Shown here piece after piece: positions 28,932 to 38,196 of a stretch of 57,500 nt of DNA. Both the position numbers and the translations under genes were made by a program. Every line of letters starts with the position of its first letter. Positions within the stretch are counted from its first letter, which is position 1. Origin of the DNA: a virus (taxonomy: Duplodnaviria; Caudoviricetes); IMG/VR virus record IMGVR_UViG_3300044252_000013, positions 1 to 57,500 of that record, one strand, 5' to 3'. The notes under the pieces were generated by a model. The model saw nothing but the letters and a program-made list of their open reading frames with translations. It searched no databases and was not told the origin of the DNA.

Positions 28932-30494
28932 ATGCGTGAACTACGATCAGATCAGCAAGGCGCGATTGACGGGTTGCTGGAGAAGTTTGCGGGCGGTCAC
29001 AAGCGCGCGTGCGTGCAGGCACCGACCGGGTTCGGCAAGACGGTGTTCGCGGGCGAGATTGCGCGGCGAGCGCGCTCCAAGGGCAAGAAGGTGCTGTTCA
29101 CGGTCCCGGCGATCAGCCTGATCGACCAGACCGTCAGGATGTTCTACGAGCAGGGCGTCAGCGAAGTCGGAGTGATCCAAGCCCACCATCACATGACCGA
29201 CTGGTCGCAGCCGGTTCAGATTGCCTCAGTGCAGACGCTCATGAAGCGCGAGAGGCTGCCTGAGGCTGACATCGTGATGATTGACGAAACGCACCGCTGG
29301 TTCACCGCCTACGCCACTTGGCTGTCACAGGATGGCTTCAAGTGTCCGGTGATCGGGCTGAGCGCCACGCCTTGGACGAAGGGGCTGGGCGATGTCTATC
29401 GCGGGCCTTGGCATCTGCCGAAAGAGGAGCGCGAGCAATGCCACATCATCGCGGCAACAACGGCAGGGCTGATCGCAGACGGGCATCTCAGCGACTTCCG
29501 GGTCTATGCCCCGACCCATCCTGACCTCAGCGAAATCAAAACGGTCGCTGGCGACTATCATGAGGGGCAACTCTCAAAGAAGATGCAGGAGGGCGCGCTG
29601 GTCGCTGACGCGGTCGATACATGGAAGCGGCTATGGGGAAAGGACAAGACCCTCTGCTTCGCGGTTGATCGCGCTCACGCCAAGACCTTGCAGATGAAGT
29701 TCGAAGCCTCAGGCGTGCCATGCGGCTACCAAGACGCCTTCACCAAGGATCAGGAGCGCGACCAGATCAGGCGGGACTTCCATTCGGGCAAGATCAAGGT
29801 GGTGTGCAACGTTGGCACGCTGACCACCGGCATCGACTGGGACGTTCGCTGCATCAGCCTCTGCCGCCCGACCAAGAGCGACATGCTGTTCGTTCAGATT
29901 GTCGGGCGCGGATTGCGAACGGCACCGGGAAAGGACGACTGCCTGATCCTCGACCACTCCGACAACCATCAGCGGCTGGGCTTCGTCACCGACATCGACG
30001 CCAGCTACATCAAGCTGAAGGAGGGCAGCACGCCCGTTGGCGCTGACCGCACCGATGGGATCAGGCTGCCAAAGGAGTGCCCGAAGTGCGCCTACCTCCG
30101 ATCACCGCGCATCTCGACGTGCCCTCAGTGCGGTTTCAAGGCTGAGGTGGTCAGCAACATCAAGCCGGATGAGGGTGAGCTTCGCGAGTTGAAGCGCAAG
30201 CCGAAGGTGGTCGAGGAGTTGGACCGCGCGGTGTTCTATGCGGAGTTGAAGGCTCACGCGCTCATGCGCGGCTTCAACACCGGGTGGGTCAGCCACAAGT
30301 ACCGCGAGAAGCACGGCAACTGGCCGCCCCCGCAGTTCAAGAGCCTGCCTGCCGCCGGGACCATCTCGGAGTACACTCGGGGCTTCATCAAGAGCCGCAA
30401 CATCGCATGGGCGAAGGGCACGGCGAAGTCCGACACCCGGATGGCGCTTGCTGAGGATGACGCGGGGCGGCGGTACGAGGAACGCATGCGATGA
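28932..30494 (+). CDS. Superfamily II (DEAD/DEAH-like) helicase with Zn finger
   Basis: APTGFGKT, DETH, GLSATP, QIVGRGLR, CPKC..CPQCG. Confidence 0.93.
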   Translation: MRELRSDQQGAIDGLLEKFAGGHKRACVQAPTGFGKTVFAGEIARRARSKGKKVLFTVPAISLIDQTVRMFYEQGVSEVGVIQAHHHMTDWSQPVQIASVQTLMKRERLPEADIVMIDETHRWFTAYATWLSQDGFKCPVIGLSATPWTKGLGDVYRGPWHLPKEEREQCHIIAATTAGLIADGHLSDFRVYAPTHPDLSEIKTVAGDYHEGQLSKKMQEGALVADAVDTWKRLWGKDKTLCFAVDRAHAKTLQMKFEASGVPCGYQDAFTKDQERDQIRRDFHSGKIKVVCNVGTLTTGIDWDVRCISLCRPTKSDMLFVQIVGRGLRTAPGKDDCLILDHSDNHQRLGFVTDIDASYIKLKEGSTPVGADRTDGIRLPKECPKCAYLRSPRISTCPQCGFKAEVVSNIKPDEGELRELKRKPKVVEELDRAVFYAELKAHALMRGFNTGWVSHKYREKHGNWPPPQFKSLPAAGTISEYTRGFIKSRNIAWAKGTAKSDTRMALAEDDAGRRYEERMR

Positions 30495-30638
30495 TCCGCA
30501 TCCCATCGCCGCTCAGCACGCTAAAAATGATCGGGCTGATCTTCTTCGCCCTCAGCGCAATCCTGTTCGTCTGGATGATCGTGGCAATGCGGATGACCGC
30601 AGTCGCGGTGCGCCGCGTCGAACGATGGTGGAGGAGGG

Positions 30639-30798
30639 CATGAGGCTCAGCGATGAAATGGCGAAGCACTGGTTCAGCCTGCCGCTCTCGCTCCGCAAGC
30701 GGTGGTGGGACGAGACGGAGTACGGCAAACGCGAGCCAAGCGAGGAATTGAAGCGAGCAGTCGAGGACGCCATCGTCAAGAAGGAGAAGGCCGGATGA
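30639..30798 (+). CDS. Hypothetical protein
   Basis: GGAGG RBS; MRLSDEMAKHWFSLPLSLRKRWW; start approximate. Confidence 0.5.
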
Positions 30799-31046
30799 AC
30801 ATCGCGCGCACGCTGGATGACACCCCGGACTGGCTGGAGTGTCACATCAAGCTGATCGACGCCCTTCGCGACTTCCTGAGGGCTGACGAAGCAATCGGGA
30901 TGGACCTGTTGCGGGAGGGCAGCATCACGCGAGAGAGCTTCGAGGCGGCGATGCTCACCAACATCCCGTTGCAGGCATTGCTGATGGAGTTGGAAGCGCA
31001 CGGCACCGACCCGTCGCTGAACGGACTGCTGAGGGGGAAGCGATGA
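30795..31046 (+). CDS. Hypothetical protein
   Basis: MNIARTLDDTPDW, coupled ATGA junctions. Confidence 0.5.
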   Translation: MNIARTLDDTPDWLECHIKLIDALRDFLRADEAIGMDLLREGSITRESFEAAMLTNIPLQALLMELEAHGTDPSLNGLLRGKR

Positions 31047-31345
31047 GCATCAAGGACGGCAAAACCAGCGCGGCGGTCGGTCAGGAGTGGGCGACCAGCA
31101 TTCGGGTGCCCATCATCCCTGACGTGGACACCTACAAGCCGAGGCGGGGCGAGAAGATGTTTCAACTCCAGATGCCCGATAGCGAGTTCGGCAAGGCTTG
31201 CATCCTCCCCTTCACCGAGGAGAACGGAAGGCTGATCGAGAAATGGATGGGCAAGTACTGCGTTGCCGAAAGGGGCGACCAACTGATCATCCGGCTTGAA
31301 GATCAGGGCTGCGTCAGGCTGGGGGTGCGTCGTGGCGGGCATTGA
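31043..31345 (+). CDS. Hypothetical protein
   Basis: Coupled ORF. Confidence 0.5.
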   Translation: MSIKDGKTSAAVGQEWATSIRVPIIPDVDTYKPRRGEKMFQLQMPDSEFGKACILPFTEENGRLIEKWMGKYCVAERGDQLIIRLEDQGCVRLGVRRGGH

Positions 31346-31652
31346 CTTCGACCTGATCGACTACCTCAGGCGTCAGCGCGCGTTCTCGGAGCGGACGTTC
31401 GGTCCCGGCTCTCGCGCCAAGGGCATCGTGGATCACATCTGCAAGGAGCTTGTCGAGGTCGAGGAGGACCCGACAGACCTCAAGGAGTGGATTGACGTGG
31501 TGACGCTCGCGCTGGATGGCGCATGGCGTGCCGGTCATTCCCCGGAGCAGATTGTCGCGCAGCTTGAAGCAACGCTCACCCGCAACGAGGGCAGGGCGTG
31601 GCCGGATTGGAGAGCGGCACCAGTGGACAAGGCGATTGAGCATGAGCGATAG
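31332..31652 (+). CDS. DUF550 dATP/dGTP pyrophosphohydrolase-domain protein
   Basis: QRAFSERTFGPG.R..GIVDHI.KEL.EV..DPTDL.EWIDVV.LALDGAWRAG...N..R.WPDWR. Confidence 0.88.
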   Translation: MAGIDFDLIDYLRRQRAFSERTFGPGSRAKGIVDHICKELVEVEEDPTDLKEWIDVVTLALDGAWRAGHSPEQIVAQLEATLTRNEGRAWPDWRAAPVDKAIEHER

Positions 31653-31995
31653 CGCCTACCGGCTCGCTGAGGTCAACGGACGGCTTGCCGACCTCAAGGG
31701 GCGGATGCGCGAGTACTGGTCAGCGCGCGAGATGCGGCGCGAGCGGATCATGCGGACGTTTCCCTGCGGTCACATCGACATCAACGGCTACACCAAGCTG
31801 ATCGTGAAGCAATGGACGCCTGACGGAGCCGAGGCGCGGCACGCGCTCTACCCGGAGTTCGATGCGTTCAATCGGAAGTGGGCACCAGTCGCTGACGAGA
31901 TGCGGCTGTTAAAGGCTGAGGCGAAAACACTGGAGCAGGCAATCAGCGCAGCCGAGAAGAAGGCTCAGCGCGAAGCACAGGGGAGGTTGCTATGA
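31642..31995 (+). CDS. Hypothetical protein
   Basis: MSDSAYRLAEV, coupled ORF. Confidence 0.5.
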   Translation: MSDSAYRLAEVNGRLADLKGRMREYWSAREMRRERIMRTFPCGHIDINGYTKLIVKQWTPDGAEARHALYPEFDAFNRKWAPVADEMRLLKAEAKTLEQAISAAEKKAQREAQGRLL

Positions 31996-32261
31996 GGTTT
32001 GATCCGCTGCCGTGCGCGATGCCCAACATGCGACTGTGGCTGGCCGCGACCAACGGCTACTCGTTCTGCATCAGCGAGGAGCTTGAGGAGGGCGACCCGG
32101 AGTGGTCGGGCTTCAAGGCAAGCTGGAAGAACAACTCTGCCGACATGAGGCCGTTCGGCAAGCGGCGCGCCAACATGATCGAAGGCGGTCCTTGGAAGAC
32201 CCGCATCGAAGCTGAGCGGGCGTGCGAGCAGACGCTCAGGCAGTTGATGGCAAAGCAATGA
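31992..32261 (+). CDS. Hypothetical protein
   Basis: GGGAGG RBS, coupled ORF. Confidence 0.55.
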   Translation: MRFDPLPCAMPNMRLWLAATNGYSFCISEELEEGDPEWSGFKASWKNNSADMRPFGKRRANMIEGGPWKTRIEAERACEQTLRQLMAKQ

Positions 32262-32428
32262 CCTACCCGAAGTTCAGCAAGCGAGAAGGTCCTGACCTTC
32301 AGAAGCTGGTGGAGGCGTATGGCGGCTATGACAAGATCACTCCTGAGGCATGGACGCGGTTCGATAAGCAGCGGCTGTGGTGGTTCGACCACCTACGGTC
32401 AGGCGACAGGTCATTGGAGGAGCGCGAA

Positions 32429-32618
32429 CGTGACAACACTCGATCAGCAGATCAGCGAAGTGAAACGCGAACTGGGCAAGCGCAGAGTGGTGTACGACCG
32501 ATTGATCGCCAAGGGAAAGCTCGACAAGAACACCGCTGATCACCAGACGCAGGCGATGACCGCCGTGCTGGAGACGCTGCTCAGGGTTCAGAAGGAGATG
32601 CCGCCGTGGAGCAGTTGA
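32429..32618 (+). CDS. Hypothetical phage protein
   Basis: TLDQQISEVKRELGKRRVVY.RLIAKGK...M.AVLETL; start approximate. Confidence 0.55.
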
Positions 32619-32944
32619 AGCATGCAGCGAACTCGAAGGCGTGGGCGATTAGCAATCAGCAGTCAAACGGCTTTCAGGTTCGCCGGGTGGTGTGGGGTTT
32701 GCTGATGGCGCGGATGGAGCGTCGAAAGGGTGAGGAGATCAGGCGGGCGGTCATCATGGTGGGACCGAAGCGCGGACAAACCAAAAAGGGAGAGCAGAGT
32801 GATCGAGTGTTCAGGATCACGCGCCTGCCGAGGTATCGCCACCGCACGTTCGCGGAGGGCAAGGCTGAGCGCATGGCAACCAAGGGCTTGCCTGAGCGTT
32901 GGAGCCGTGTCGGCACCAACGCCGACCTTCCAAGGAGGACTAAA

Positions 32945-33106
32945 ATGCAGACGTATCAGGGTAGACCAATCCGCAGTTCGCGCCCCGCCAAAGAAGGCGA
33001 CGAGGGCTTCAACGAAGAAGGCGGTGAGGATCAGGTGGTCGTGACCCTTCAGGACGGCACCGAGAAGTGCGTGCCCAAAAAGGAAGTGGCGACCGCGAAC
33101 GAGTAG
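32945..33106 (+). CDS. Small acidic protein
   Basis: AAGGAGG RBS; MQTYQGRPIRSSRPAKEGDEGF; followed by a hairpin. Confidence 0.6.
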   Translation: MQTYQGRPIRSSRPAKEGDEGFNEEGGEDQVVVTLQDGTEKCVPKKEVATANE

Positions 33107-33166
33107 GGATATCCAATAGGGGCGCACTCCTCACGGGGTGCGCTTCACTTCCATCAGGGGCTGCCA

Positions 33167-33757
33167 ATGATCAAGGTGGAGTTCGACTTCAAGGAGTTGG
33201 GAGCCTACGCCGCATCGCTGGGCGCACGCGCTGACCAGATACCCTTCGCCCTCGCCCTCGCCATGAACCGCTCAGCCGATGTGACCCGGCAGTTCCTGAT
33301 CAAGCAGACGTGGCCCACTCACGTCACCGCGCGCAACAGTTCGTTCATCGGTGCATCCCTCACCACCAAGCAGGCACGCGCGTCCAAGCAATCCCTCGCA
33401 GTCGAAATCTATGATCGCCTGAACAGAGGTAACCTTCAGATGCAGGCGAAGGGCGGCGTTCGCACCCCGAAGGGCAAGGGGCGTCTCGCTGTTCCGGTGA
33501 CCGGCGTGCGCCGTACCAGTAAGGGCGTGGTGTCCAACCTGAAGCCTCGCAACCTCAAGACCGCTGTCGAGATCAGGGGCAACCTCTTCACCCGCGATGG
33601 ACGAGGCCGATTGAAGATGGTCTATGCATTGAAGGCAGCAACCAAGATACCAAGGCGCGTCCCCTTCTATGAGGACTTCGCTACGTCAATGGAGCGCGAG
33701 CTTCGTCGCACCATCCCTCTCGCTGTGATGAAGGCGATGAGTACGGCGCGGCGATGA
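33167..33757 (+). CDS. Minor tail Z-like / tail completion protein
   Basis: QIPFALALAMNRSA...; basic; remote from the tail operon. Confidence 0.5.
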   Translation: MIKVEFDFKELGAYAASLGARADQIPFALALAMNRSADVTRQFLIKQTWPTHVTARNSSFIGASLTTKQARASKQSLAVEIYDRLNRGNLQMQAKGGVRTPKGKGRLAVPVTGVRRTSKGVVSNLKPRNLKTAVEIRGNLFTRDGRGRLKMVYALKAATKIPRRVPFYEDFATSMERELRRTIPLAVMKAMSTARR

Positions 33758-33799
33758 GGGGCGTTGACTGCTGAGCTAAGTGCTTGGCACTGTTCGTCT

Positions 33800-34192
33800 A
33801 TGAGCAAGAGCAAGCACGCTATCCATCGCGCCAAGGTCAGGCGGCAGGCCATCGCCCTCATGGGTGGGCGCTGCCAGCGTTGCGGCTTCGATGATGAGCG
33901 TGCGCTCCAGTTCGATCACGTCAAGCCAGCACGCCGAGGGCTGAACGGGAAGCGCAAGAGTGGTGAGACAGGCATCGCTACGCACAGGGCTATCGTCAAT
34001 GGCATGCGTGAGGGCTATCAGCTACTCTGCGCCAACTGTCATGCGATCAAGACGAGAGAGGATGACCCTGATGGATCATCATCTATGAACTGGTCGAGGT
34101 CAGAGGCTCTCGCCTCTCGTCTGCGTGAGGCGCATGGCAATGGCGAGGCGACGATGCGATCAGATCAGATTGATATGGCGCTTGATCTATGA
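33800..34192 (+). CDS. HNH endonuclease (terminase-associated)
   Basis: GGRCQRCG....LQFDHV...YQLLCANCHAIKT. Confidence 0.9.
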   Translation: MSKSKHAIHRAKVRRQAIALMGGRCQRCGFDDERALQFDHVKPARRGLNGKRKSGETGIATHRAIVNGMREGYQLLCANCHAIKTREDDPDGSSSMNWSRSEALASRLREAHGNGEATMRSDQIDMALDL

Positions 34193-34226
34193 ACGAAATC
34201 AATCGGATGCACCCCCACCCCCCTTT

Positions 34227-34305
34227 GGGTCCTACCGGGCGTGAGGGGAAGTGGGGGGACCGCGCGACCGCAGGCCTTTCGCATATTTCGGTTTTGATTT
34301 TTAAG
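34227..34305 (+). other. Candidate lambda-like cos site (cosQ GGGTCCT plus cosN)
   Basis: GGGTCCT at 34227-34233, 23 nt, then GGACCGCGCGACCGCAGGCCTTTCGCATATTT resembling lambda GGGCGGCGACCTCGCGGGTTTTCGCTATTT; next to HNH. Confidence 0.6.
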
Positions 34306-34342
34306 GCTTTGATTGCAAACGGCAAATCTGAGAGGCGGGGAT

Positions 34343-35695
34343 ATGACAAGCATCGGCGCGGCGATTGAATATCGTGAGGCGGGGACGCTGACGCCCTACG
34401 CCCGCAACTCCCGCACGCATTCGGCTGATCAGGTCGAGGCGATTGCGGGGGCGATGCGTGAGTGGGGCTGGACGATGCCGGTGCTGATCGCGCGGGGATG
34501 TGAGGGCGTCGAGGACGGCTCGATCATTGCGGGGCACGGGCGCGTGCTGGCGGCGGCTGAGATTTATGCGGGCGGCGGGACCATCGTGATGTCATCGGGT
34601 GAGCCAATCCCGGCGGGGCACATCCCGGTGGTGATCGCTCAGGGCTGGTCCGAGAAGCAGCGGCGCGCCTATGTGATCGCTGACAACCAACTGACGCTGG
34701 CGGGCGGCTGGGACGAGAACATCCTGAAGCTGGAATTGCTGGACCTTCGGGAGGGCGGCTTCGACCTGACGCGGCTGGGCTTCGAGGATGAGGAGTTGGC
34801 GGGGCTGCTTGATGTGATGCTCGACACCGAGAGCGACCCTGAGGCGGCTCCCGAGGTCCCGGTGGTGCCGGTCAGCAGGCGGGGCGATATCTGGGTGCTG
34901 GGTCGTCACCGGCTGATCTGCGGTGACGCGACCAAGGCTGAGGATGTGAGCGCGGTGCTTGCGGGTGGCGAGCCGCATCTGATGGTGACCGACCCGCCTT
35001 ACGGAGTGGAGTACGACCCCGGCTGGCGGCTGGCTCAGGGCTTGAACACCGTGACCCAGAAGATTGCGAAGGGCGAGGTCGATAACGATGACCGCATCGA
35101 CTGGAAGGCGGCATGGGATTTGTTCAAGGGCGACGTCGCCTACGTTTGGCACGGCGGGGTGAGCGCGGGTCCGGTTCAGTCCACGCTGGCGGCATCGGGC
35201 TTCGTGACCCGCTCGCAGATCATCTGGGTCAAGAACGCGTTGGTGATCGGGCGGGGCGACTATCATTGGAAGCATGAGCCGTGCTGGTACATGGTTCGCA
35301 AGGGAGCGACGGGTCACTGGGCTGGTGACCGCTCGCAATCGACGTGCTGGGATATTCAGAAGATGCATCGCACGCAGGGCAGCGTCGATGACGGCAAGAC
35401 CGATCACTCGACGCAGAAGCCCATCGAGTGCATGCGGAAGCCGATGGAGAACAACTCGGTCCCCGGCGATGCGGTTTATGACCCGTTCGTCGGTTCGGGG
35501 ACCACGCTGATCGCGGCAGAGATATCAGGGCGCAGGTGCTTCGCCGTCGAAATCAATCCAGCCTATGTCGATGTCGTTGTGACCCGATGGCAGAACGTCA
35601 CCGGAAACGCGGCGGTACATGAGGCCAGCGGGCAGAGCTTTGCCATGCTGAAAGAGGAGCGTGATGTCGAGCGTGCTTCGACCGCCGCTGCGTGA
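34343..35695 (+). CDS. ParB-N domain fused to an N6/N4 DNA methyltransferase
   Basis: PYARNSRTHS..Q, IIAGHGR, IADN; TDPPY, HSTQKP, DPFVGSGTT. Confidence 0.92.
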   Translation: MTSIGAAIEYREAGTLTPYARNSRTHSADQVEAIAGAMREWGWTMPVLIARGCEGVEDGSIIAGHGRVLAAAEIYAGGGTIVMSSGEPIPAGHIPVVIAQGWSEKQRRAYVIADNQLTLAGGWDENILKLELLDLREGGFDLTRLGFEDEELAGLLDVMLDTESDPEAAPEVPVVPVSRRGDIWVLGRHRLICGDATKAEDVSAVLAGGEPHLMVTDPPYGVEYDPGWRLAQGLNTVTQKIAKGEVDNDDRIDWKAAWDLFKGDVAYVWHGGVSAGPVQSTLAASGFVTRSQIIWVKNALVIGRGDYHWKHEPCWYMVRKGATGHWAGDRSQSTCWDIQKMHRTQGSVDDGKTDHSTQKPIECMRKPMENNSVPGDAVYDPFVGSGTTLIAAEISGRRCFAVEINPAYVDVVVTRWQNVTGNAAVHEASGQSFAMLKEERDVERASTAAA

Positions 35696-36058
35696 CTTGG
35701 GGAGGGGCGGGACATGCACTTCGTGATCGACCGCTTTGTAGAGCGAGCGGTACTCGACCGGCACGCCTTCGCGCTGAGCGGCGTCGATGCCCGCGCGCAT
35801 CCCGGCTGAGATGCCCCGGTCAAAGTAGACCACCGAGGCGTCGGCTATCTCCAGCCACGCGAAGCCTGAGGCGATGCCCCACTCGCGCTCAGCCGGTTCT
35901 TGATCGTTCAGCACTTGGGTGTAGAGCAGATGCGATGCGAACGGTGCCTCGCCGCGCCTGAGGCAATCGAGCAGGCAGCGGCGCGCGTAGCGGCGGTTCA
36001 AGAACCGTTGCCACGGTGAGGGTGAGCCGTAGGGGCTTTCGAGGATCACGCGCTTCAT
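35525..36058 (-). CDS. DUF7768/nucleoside 2-deoxyribosyltransferase-like protein
   Basis: MKRVILESPYG...CL.RGEAPFASHLLYTQVL.D...ER..GI..G.AWL...VVY.DRGIS.GM; GGAG RBS. Confidence 0.7.
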   Translation of the reverse strand: MKRVILESPYGSPSPWQRFLNRRYARRCLLDCLRRGEAPFASHLLYTQVLNDQEPAEREWGIASGFAWLEIADASVVYFDRGISAGMRAGIDAAQREGVPVEYRSLYKAVDHEVHVPPLPKSRSGGRSTLDITLLFQHGKALPAGLMYRRVSGDVLPSGHNDIDIGWIDFDGEAPAP

Positions 36059-36213
36059 TTCTCTCCTCCTGCTTTCGCACCGTTGCGTCTGCCCCGGCTG
36101 ATGTTCAATCGGGCTTCGTGCGTCCTGACGCCCGCCCCGTTCTTGTTGCCCTTGAGTGCCGCGCTGATCTTGGCGCGGCGCTCGTCGGTGTATGGCTTGC
36201 GCGGCGGCTTCAC
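36055..36213 (-). CDS. Small NUMOD3-motif DNA-binding peptide (52 aa)
   Basis: YTDERRAKISAALKGNKN...THEARLNIS, read manually. Confidence 0.55.
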   Translation of the reverse strand: MKPPRKPYTDERRAKISAALKGNKNGAGVRTHEARLNISRGRRNGAKAGGEK

Positions 36214-36407
36214 TTGGCTTGCTCCGCGAGAGCGGCGCGGATGATGCCCGGCGTCTGATGTGCGCTGTCAGGAACATCCGGCATCCTGATGTATCCCAAC
36301 TCAATGCCATTGGTGATGAACTGGTCAGCGCGGCGCAGCGCCGCCTCCAGCACTTCGTTGCGTGCTCTCAGTTCCGCGATGTATTCGTGGTCGTCGTGGC
36401 TGCTCAT
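36210..36407 (-). CDS. Hypothetical protein
   Basis: MSSHDDHEYIAELRARNE, coupled. Confidence 0.5.
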   Translation of the reverse strand: MSSHDDHEYIAELRARNEVLEAALRRADQFITNGIELGYIRMPDVPDSAHQTPGIIRAALAEQAK

Positions 36408-36598
36408 TTGTCTTGCTCCGGTGCGAGGGCGGCGCGGGCGAGGTCGAATGCGTCGGGTGCCCCGCCTAAAATCTCCCGCAGCGCCGCCTCCAGCGCCTCG
36501 ATGCGGGCGTCGGCTTTGTCCAGCTTCACTTCCAGCGCCTCGTTGCTGGCTTCCAGCCTGCGCACGTTCGCCTGTTCGTGCCATCGCTCTTCGCTCAT
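36404..36598 (-). CDS. Hypothetical coiled-coil protein
   Basis: MSEERWHEQANV...ARIEALEAALREI. Confidence 0.5.
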   Translation of the reverse strand: MSEERWHEQANVRRLEASNEALEVKLDKADARIEALEAALREILGGAPDAFDLARAALAPEQDK

Positions 36599-36852
36599 TG
36601 CTTGCCCTCCGGTTCTGCGTAGCGACCTTCCCAGCGCGCGACCAACTCCTTCAGCGCGACCAGCACGTTCTCGCGCTGACCGTTGCCGATGTAGTTGATG
36701 CGCCCGGTGCCGGTGATGTCCTCGTTGAAGCGATAGGTCAGCAGCGCGAAGCCGATATGCTTCGGGCCGGTGCCGTTCAGCGCGGTGTCGATGGTCTTGG
36801 CGATGGCGTTCATCATCGCCTTCTGCTCCGGTGAGATTTCGTCGTGCTTCAT
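36595..36852 (-). CDS. Hypothetical phage protein
   Basis: GFALLTY.F...GRINYIGNG.RE...ALKE...RWEGR. Confidence 0.65.
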   Translation of the reverse strand: MKHDEISPEQKAMMNAIAKTIDTALNGTGPKHIGFALLTYRFNEDITGTGRINYIGNGQRENVLVALKELVARWEGRYAEPEGKQ

Positions 36853-37601
36853 GGCTTCCTCCCTGAGCCGGGTGCGATATGCTCCCTGACCCGACCGTCG
36901 CTACCGTAAACCGTGATGGTCCCGTCTGACCCGGTGGTTGCGCGCCCGGTGACCCGCCCCGTCTTGGCATCGTATTCGGTCGCGGTGCCGCGCGCGTAGT
37001 CGCTGTGAATTTGCGCAACGGGTCTGCCGTCAGGACCATAGACCACCCGCGATTGCGCCTGAGCCTCAGGCGCGCCCAGCAGCGCGGCGGCGCAGAGGAG
37101 GGCGGCAACCCCCGCCCCCAGCTTGCGCGCGCCGCTGAGCAGCCACGCCTGCCCGTCAGCGAGGCCAAGTTCGACCAGCTTCGGCAGGGTCTTTCGGGCA
37201 TGCCAGCCGTCCAGCAATCCGTAGAAGCCGTTGGCGATGATGGCGCGCTCGACGTACTCCCGGCGGAAGGGGACGCCGAAGTAGCCGGTGATCCGCTCCA
37301 TGCCCCCGCCGCTGATCGCGGCGTCGAGCGTCGGGTCGATCACCAAGCCGTCAGGGTCAACGCACCATGCGTGATCGATGGGGATGCCGTAGACCCCGAC
37401 GACGCCTTCGGCGTAGGTGAGGTGCCGCTCGCGCAGCATCAGCAGGGTGGCGTTCTTGAAACAAGCGCCCTGCTCAGCGCGGGGTCCGGTGAAGGAGCCG
37501 GGGCCGAAGCGGTACTCCACTCCGTGCTTCAGCATGAACGCTGACATCCAGTCGCGCCCATCGGATATCTTCTGGCGTATCATGAGGTGATCACGGATCA
37601 T
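36849..37601 (-). CDS. Hypothetical protein: Cys-His protease/transglutaminase-like domain plus signal-peptide-like beta-repeat tail
   Basis: GACFKNA...Y.EG...IDHAW..D...VIDPT, then ALLCAAALLGAPEAQAQ and YGPDGR/YGSDGR repeats. Confidence 0.55.
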   Translation of the reverse strand: MIRDHLMIRQKISDGRDWMSAFMLKHGVEYRFGPGSFTGPRAEQGACFKNATLLMLRERHLTYAEGVVGVYGIPIDHAWCVDPDGLVIDPTLDAAISGGGMERITGYFGVPFRREYVERAIIANGFYGLLDGWHARKTLPKLVELGLADGQAWLLSGARKLGAGVAALLCAAALLGAPEAQAQSRVVYGPDGRPVAQIHSDYARGTATEYDAKTGRVTGRATTGSDGTITVYGSDGRVREHIAPGSGRKP

Positions 37602-38011
37602 CGGATCACTCCCTTCGGTGCGGGCTGCGGCCATCGCCAGAACTCCCTGCCGTTGAAAGATGAAATCGGGCGGGCGACCTCACCGCGCGCGATGGCGGCT
37701 TCGACATCGTTGACGCCGAGGTAGAAGGTCGCGTCAGGCACTTGCGACTTCATGAGCGGGACGTTCTCCCCGGCATCATCGATACCGTAGAGGACGCTCA
37801 CCCCGGCGATCAGGCGACCCTTGATGCCGAAGTAGCTCTGCGTCATCGGGCTGGAGTAGAGGCCAAATTCATCGACCACATATCCGATGCGGGCGGCGAG
37901 CATGCCGTGATCGACGTTGCCGAGACCGGCGGCGGTCTGCGCGTCGATCAGGCTTTCGCAATCGACCGTTTCGATGGTGCGCTTCTTGGGATTGATAACA
38001 ACGAACTTCAC
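37598..38011 (-). CDS. DUF3846-like protein
   Basis: VINP..RTI...YVVDEFGL...IAG.SVLYG.D..GE. Confidence 0.55.
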   Translation of the reverse strand: MKFVVINPKKRTIETVDCESLIDAQTAAGLGNVDHGMLAARIGYVVDEFGLYSSPMTQSYFGIKGRLIAGVSVLYGIDDAGENVPLMKSQVPDATFYLGVNDVEAAIARGEVARPISSFNGREFWRWPQPAPKGVIR

Positions 38012-38196
38012 TTGCGTTCTCCATTCATGAGCAGGACGAGTTGACCGACCGTGCCGTGCCAGTAGCGACCGACTTCGCGAAGGTATCGCTCAGCCTTGTA
38101 CCGGGTGTCATTGTCGGGGATGACTTCGATCAGCGCGGCGGTGCCGAGAGGTATCTCGTATCCGTCAGGGTCGATTTCGTAGACGTGAACCTTCAT
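38008..38196 (-). CDS. Hypothetical protein
   Basis: MKVHVYEIDPDGYEIP, coupled. Confidence 0.55.
   Translation of the reverse strand: MKVHVYEIDPDGYEIPLGTAALIEVIPDNDTRYKAERYLREVGRYWHGTVGQLVLLMNGERK

Noticed and set aside
31332-31652. 2-aminoadenine (Z) genome pathway
   Set aside because: DUF550 is present but no PurZ or phage DNA polymerase was recognised
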